Shown one piece after another: positions 58,249-62,177 of a stretch of 62,177 nt of DNA. The notes below the pieces were generated by a model that was given only the letters and a program-made list of their open reading frames with translations, searched no databases and had not been told where the DNA came from. Where the stretch lies: positions 1 to 62,177 of the IMG/VR virus record IMGVR_UViG_3300032323_001402; one strand, written 5' to 3'. How positions within the stretch are numbered: position 1 is the stretch's first letter; every line of letters starts with the position of its first letter. The translations under genes and the position numbers were made by a program. Source of the DNA: a virus (Duplodnaviria > Caudoviricetes).

Positions 58249-58506
58249 ATGGCTAAGAATTATACTGATTACAAGTATTTTGAAAACCGTCCTGACGTCG
58301 TTAGGATCTTCAACGATCTTGAGGCGTACTTGGATTACTGTAGGATTACCCTACAACCCTTTAACCCAGCAGAATTATACAAAAAAGATTCTGCAACCTA
58401 TCAGGCTTACCTTAACAGTAAGCGACCACGCAGACCGTGGGTAGATAGAAATAACGGAGATCGCGGTCACAGCCGCAAACCATATGGCCAGAATTTTTCT
58501 CGTTGA
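58249..58506 (+). CDS. hypothetical protein
   Basis: SD GAGG; 85 aa. Confidence 0.65.
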   Translation: MAKNYTDYKYFENRPDVVRIFNDLEAYLDYCRITLQPFNPAELYKKDSATYQAYLNSKRPRRPWVDRNNGDRGHSRKPYGQNFSR

Positions 58507-59560
58507 TCTTGAAGCTGTAGAAACAAGGTACACAGGTGAGTGGAAATCCCACTTGCCTGCATTACTACGAAAGGAAGGACACAATGTTCAAATTATCTCT
58601 GGGCCTGAGGATATTCCTAAAGCCACTACTCCTGGTGCTTTTCTTAATTTTGGTGGCACCAATATATATAAGTCTAGTCAAGTTGAACAGATGGGGAGGT
58701 TGTTTTGTAACGGATCCGTTCATGCTGGCGACCACTTTATTTTTACTGATGCTTGGCATCCGGGCATTATAAACTTAAAGTATATGAGTGAACTGTTACA
58801 GATTCCTATAACTATTCACGCACTGTGGCATGCAGGTAGTTATGATCCACAGGACTTCTTAGGTCGTCTTATTGGTGATGCTAAGTGGGTGCGGCACAGC
58901 GAACTGGCATTCTTTGAGGCTATTGATTATAACTACTTTGCTACAGACTTTCATGTTAACATGTTTATTGAAAACTTGTTAAACGAAGAAAAGAGAACTG
59001 GTCGCATTCGTTACATGCCAAATGGAAAAATTACACGCAGTGGATGGCCAATGGAATATATGTCTGATACATTGTTGATGTATAAGAATATGCCAAAACG
59101 TGATCTTATTTTATTTCCGCATCGCATTGCACCAGAGAAACAAGTTGAGATTTTTAGAGATCTTAAAGAACACTTGCCACAATATGAATTTGTTATTTGC
59201 CAGGAACAACAATTATCAAAGAACGAATATCATAATTTATTAGGTGAAGCCAAGCTAGTGTTCAGTGCTAATCTACAAGAAACACTAGGTATTAGTTGGT
59301 ACGAAGGTGCAGTAGTAGATGCTATCCCGATGGTTCCAGATCGATTAAGCTACAGTGAAATGGCAATTGACCCATTTAAATATCCTAGCGAATGGACAGA
59401 ATCGTTTGCTGCATATACTGTACACAAACAAAAAGTAATCGATGCGATCGTTGATCATATGGAAAATTATAAAAACCGATTACCAGGCCTAAATAAACAG
59501 GTCGATTTATTAAAAGAAAACTTTTTTAGTTGCAACGAACTATTAAAGATATTAAAATAA
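58484..59560 (+). CDS. GT-B glycosyltransferase
   Basis: FPHRIAPEKQ and SANLQETLGIS.YEG...P.VPDRLSY (Ex7E-type) motifs. Confidence 0.75.
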   Translation: MARIFLVDLEAVETRYTGEWKSHLPALLRKEGHNVQIISGPEDIPKATTPGAFLNFGGTNIYKSSQVEQMGRLFCNGSVHAGDHFIFTDAWHPGIINLKYMSELLQIPITIHALWHAGSYDPQDFLGRLIGDAKWVRHSELAFFEAIDYNYFATDFHVNMFIENLLNEEKRTGRIRYMPNGKITRSGWPMEYMSDTLLMYKNMPKRDLILFPHRIAPEKQVEIFRDLKEHLPQYEFVICQEQQLSKNEYHNLLGEAKLVFSANLQETLGISWYEGAVVDAIPMVPDRLSYSEMAIDPFKYPSEWTESFAAYTVHKQKVIDAIVDHMENYKNRLPGLNKQVDLLKENFFSCNELLKILK

Positions 59561-59576
59561 CTATAGAGGACAATCT

Positions 59577-60191
59577 ATGCCAGCAGCAGCTTCTTTATTT
59601 GGTGTTCCTATTTACTCATCTGAGGTAGATCCGATCTCTTCTAAAAGTATTGACTACATTGTAAATTTACCGTTTGAAAGGATGGAAAACGGGTTTATTA
59701 CTAATGATGTTACATTATTAGATAATCCCAACTGTTTAGAAATTAGAAATAAAGTTCTCAACGCATTTGATGATTATGTTTATAATCTTTTAAAAATTAA
59801 ACCCGAGACAGAATTTTATATGACCACTTCATGGGCTGTTAAATTTTTGCCGGGTGGTTCTGCACATGAACATAGTCATGTCAATTCGTTATTTTCGGGA
59901 GTGTTATATCTAAAGGCAGCAGAAGAGACAGGACAGATTACATTTCACAAACACCAAAAATATTTAAATTTTTCTTCTCCCACAATTAGTTTAGAATTTT
60001 CAGAACAAAATACTTTTAATAGTAGTACATGGTCTATCACTCCAATTGAAAATCAGATAATTATTTTTCCTTCAAATGTAATGCATTCAGTAGAAATAAA
60101 CAATTCTAAGGATGATAGAATTTCCGTTGCATTTAACATGTTTGTTAGAGGAAATTTTGGAGGTAGAGAAGCAGCATTGTCAATAAAATGA
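59577..60191 (+). CDS. putative 2OG-Fe(II) oxygenase (TIGR02466-like)
   Basis: SW...H..HSH.NS.FSGVLY, IFPS...HSV..N and RISVAFN motifs. Confidence 0.75.
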   Translation: MPAAASLFGVPIYSSEVDPISSKSIDYIVNLPFERMENGFITNDVTLLDNPNCLEIRNKVLNAFDDYVYNLLKIKPETEFYMTTSWAVKFLPGGSAHEHSHVNSLFSGVLYLKAAEETGQITFHKHQKYLNFSSPTISLEFSEQNTFNSSTWSITPIENQIIIFPSNVMHSVEINNSKDDRISVAFNMFVRGNFGGREAALSIK

Positions 60192-60209
60192 AATATGTTC
60201 TTAAACTAC

Positions 60210-60238
60210 TTGCAAAAACCTAAATAAACCTATATACT
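60210..60238 (+). promoter_or_regulatory. sigma70-like promoter of folE with embedded TAAATA
   Basis: TTGCAA-17-TATACT; TAAATA at 60221-60226. Confidence 0.6.
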
Positions 60239-60278
60239 AGTACAAAGACATCCACGTCATTAACTCGGAGAATATTAA

Positions 60279-61043
60279 TTGACAACATTTACATCAGAAG
60301 ATTTACAAAGCGCACTTAAAGGTGCAGACGACATGAGCGACAAAGGCTATGAAGAAGGATATCTAGGCGATGCTATTCGCTTTAAGATGAAACGTGATAA
60401 GAAAAGGTTTTGGGCAGGTGACAACGTTAGTGATTACATTACTGATAGCGACAAAGAAAAACTAATAGACGAAGCAACAGAAGCATTTGAAACGGTGCTT
60501 GATCGTTTGCTAATTGATCGTGAGAATGATCCTAACAGCCAAGGTACAGCCCGTCGTCTTGCTAAAATGTATTTTAACGAAATTATGGGCGGTCGATATG
60601 ATCCAGCACCAGATGCAACAGCTTTTCCAAATGATTCGTCTGATAGATATGAAGGCATGCTTGTTGTTCGTAGCGAACTGCGGTCTATGTGCAGTCATCA
60701 TCATCAACCTGTGTCTGGTGTTGCTTACATCGGAATCATCGCCGCTAATAAACTTATTGGCCTGTCTAAATATACTAGGATCGCTCAGTGGTGTGCTCGT
60801 CGTGGCACACTTCAAGAAGAACTATGTAACGACATAGCCCGTGAGATCATGAAGGCCACTGAGTCTGAAAACGTAGCAGTCTACATTCAAGCAATTCATG
60901 GATGCTGTGAGAATCGTGGCATTATGGCACATTCATCGTTAACTCAAACTACAGTATTGAAAGGTGCTTTCCAGACAGACCCAGGAACTAAAAAAGAGTT
61001 CATGGACAATGTTAAACTACAACAAGAGTTTGCGCCACGATAA
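60279..61043 (+). CDS. folE: GTP cyclohydrolase I
   Basis: SMCSHH, GLSKY.R, LQE and HGCCENRG motifs. Confidence 0.93.
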   Translation: MTTFTSEDLQSALKGADDMSDKGYEEGYLGDAIRFKMKRDKKRFWAGDNVSDYITDSDKEKLIDEATEAFETVLDRLLIDRENDPNSQGTARRLAKMYFNEIMGGRYDPAPDATAFPNDSSDRYEGMLVVRSELRSMCSHHHQPVSGVAYIGIIAANKLIGLSKYTRIAQWCARRGTLQEELCNDIAREIMKATESENVAVYIQAIHGCCENRGIMAHSSLTQTTVLKGAFQTDPGTKKEFMDNVKLQQEFAPR

Positions 61044-61453
61044 TGTTTAATCCTCTTCGAGACGATCTAATGGTACAACAACAGATCACTAATAGTTGGG
61101 AACACATGGTAGGAGTTATCATGTTAAATCAAACCGGAAGAAAGGCAGTAAAAACTACACTGCCTGAATTCCTATATTGGTTTCCTACAGCGTTATCATT
61201 ATTACACGCAGACGAAGAATTTGTTAAAAGCATAATCCAACCGTTGGGCATGGCAAATGTTCGTTACACTCGTTTGATTAAAATGAGTCAAGACTATTTA
61301 ACTTGGGACGGAAATGATGCCAACAAATTGTTTGGCATTGGCAAGTATGGCAGCGACAGCTATGAAATCTTTTTTAAAAAGAACTATGCTGTTCAACCTA
61401 CAGATAAAGAATTAAAAAGGTACCTAGAGGAAGAGGTTTGCAATGTTTCTTAA
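61043..61453 (+). CDS. MBD4-like HhH DNA glycosylase
   Basis: W..MVGVIMLNQT, IQPLG and LFGIGKYGSDSYEIF resemble the MBD4 glycosylase domain. Confidence 0.75.
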   Translation: MFNPLRDDLMVQQQITNSWEHMVGVIMLNQTGRKAVKTTLPEFLYWFPTALSLLHADEEFVKSIIQPLGMANVRYTRLIKMSQDYLTWDGNDANKLFGIGKYGSDSYEIFFKKNYAVQPTDKELKRYLEEEVCNVS

Positions 61454-61916
61454 ACTGTTAGAAAAACTTGGTCGTAAGCGTATCATTTATGATCGTATCT
61501 GCAACGAACCTTATCTAGAAAGGTATTATCTTTTCTTGAAAGATAGAAATCTATTTCCTTTTAATATATTTTTACACAAGTTTTTAAAAGGTGATCCAGA
61601 CGATGTGCATGATCATCCATGGCCATATGCTACCCTAATTCTTAAAGGTGGCTACTATGAATGGATTCCTCAGTTTAACGCAGACGGAACAAAAAGTTGC
61701 GAAGTGCGCAAGTGGCGTGGTCCAGGGCATTTTCGAGTATGTAAATCACATTCATATCATCGCATTGAATTGAAACATGGTGTAACTGCATGGACATTGT
61801 TCATGCCAGGTCCTCATAAACGTGAATGGGGATTTTTAGTTAATAACAAATGGATACAACACGAACAGTATCTAAAAGGTCGTAAGGAGAATCATGTCAA
61901 AAAAACGACAGGTTAG
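61443..61916 (+). CDS. cupin-fold protein
   Basis: HDHPW...LKGGY.E...HRIEL...WTLF motif. Confidence 0.7.
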   Translation: MFLKLLEKLGRKRIIYDRICNEPYLERYYLFLKDRNLFPFNIFLHKFLKGDPDDVHDHPWPYATLILKGGYYEWIPQFNADGTKSCEVRKWRGPGHFRVCKSHSYHRIELKHGVTAWTLFMPGPHKREWGFLVNNKWIQHEQYLKGRKENHVKKTTG

Positions 61917-62177
61917 TTGGGAAGAATATCAAGGATTAGTTGCAAAAATCTGCAGAGACATTACTATCAGCGGGTGGAAGCCAGACTACATTGTTGGCAT
62001 TACTAGAGGCGGACTGCTGCCTGCTAAAATGATTAGTTATTATTTCGATGTTCCTTGTGAAACACTAAAAGTAAGTTTGCGTGATCACGAACAAACAGAA
62101 TCAAATACCTGGATGGCAGAAGATGCTTACGGACATCCTAGATCGGAAAGATATATAGAAGATTCTAATGACATAGG
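61894..62177 (+). CDS. type I phosphoribosyltransferase (gpt-like), 3'-truncated
   Basis: Unlisted ORF open to the window end; SD TAAGGAG; VSWEE...PDYIVGITRGGLLPA motif. Confidence 0.8.
   Translation, partial: MSKKRQVSWEEYQGLVAKICRDITISGWKPDYIVGITRGGLLPAKMISYYFDVPCETLKVSLRDHEQTESNTWMAEDAYGHPRSERYIEDSNDI

Noticed and set aside
1-62177. Many minus-strand and alternate-frame ORFs in the supplied track (e.g. 21739..22299, 41439..41990, 53741..54328)
   Set aside because: They lie wholly within well-supported + strand genes, lack SD/promoter signals and recognisable motifs, and are best explained as shadow ORFs.
1-62177. CRISPR array, tRNA or rRNA genes, integrase or transposase
   Set aside because: No repeat-spacer periodicity, cloverleaf or mobile-element motifs were seen by eye, and intergenic gaps are short. 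A tRNAscan run would be needed to be certain.
1-62177. Stop-codon reassignment, as in some large phages
   Set aside because: Known genes are full length in the standard code, and TAA, TGA and TAG (e.g. 32464, 61916) all end genes at sensible boundaries.

Overview
Gene-dense, almost entirely + strand segment of a large T4-like (myovirus-type) bacteriophage genome. The host is probably a Gram-negative proteobacterium (inferred from perfect sigma70 promoters, spanins, KdsA, IscU/IscA/ErpA, FdxA and ClpA). In order it holds: early hypothetical genes; tandem paralogous spike-like genes; a sugar/Kdo block with queD; uvsE, SOD and Fe-S genes; a ~17 kb baseplate/fibre module; a truncated DnaE fragment, GroES, clamp loader and phoH; a lysis cassette; dnaJ/def/clpA; putative internal-head proteins; and DNA polymerase B plus a probable clamp, followed by a 7-deazaguanine modification cluster (TGT/DpdA, T-fold protein, glycosyltransferase, 2OG oxygenase, FolE, MBD4-like glycosylase, cupin, PRTase). 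The most striking signals are: (1) a preQ1-I-riboswitch-like RNA element with variant core residues in the queD leader; (2) the deazaguanine plus glycosyltransferase hypermodification cluster it could regulate; (3) a twin-hairpin operator-like element before the polymerase; (4) a recurrent TAAATA late-promoter motif that predicts leaderless mRNAs; (5) T4-like capsid-targeting N-termini on enzymes. All calls are by-eye motif recognition. No database searches were run, so novelty is unverified.
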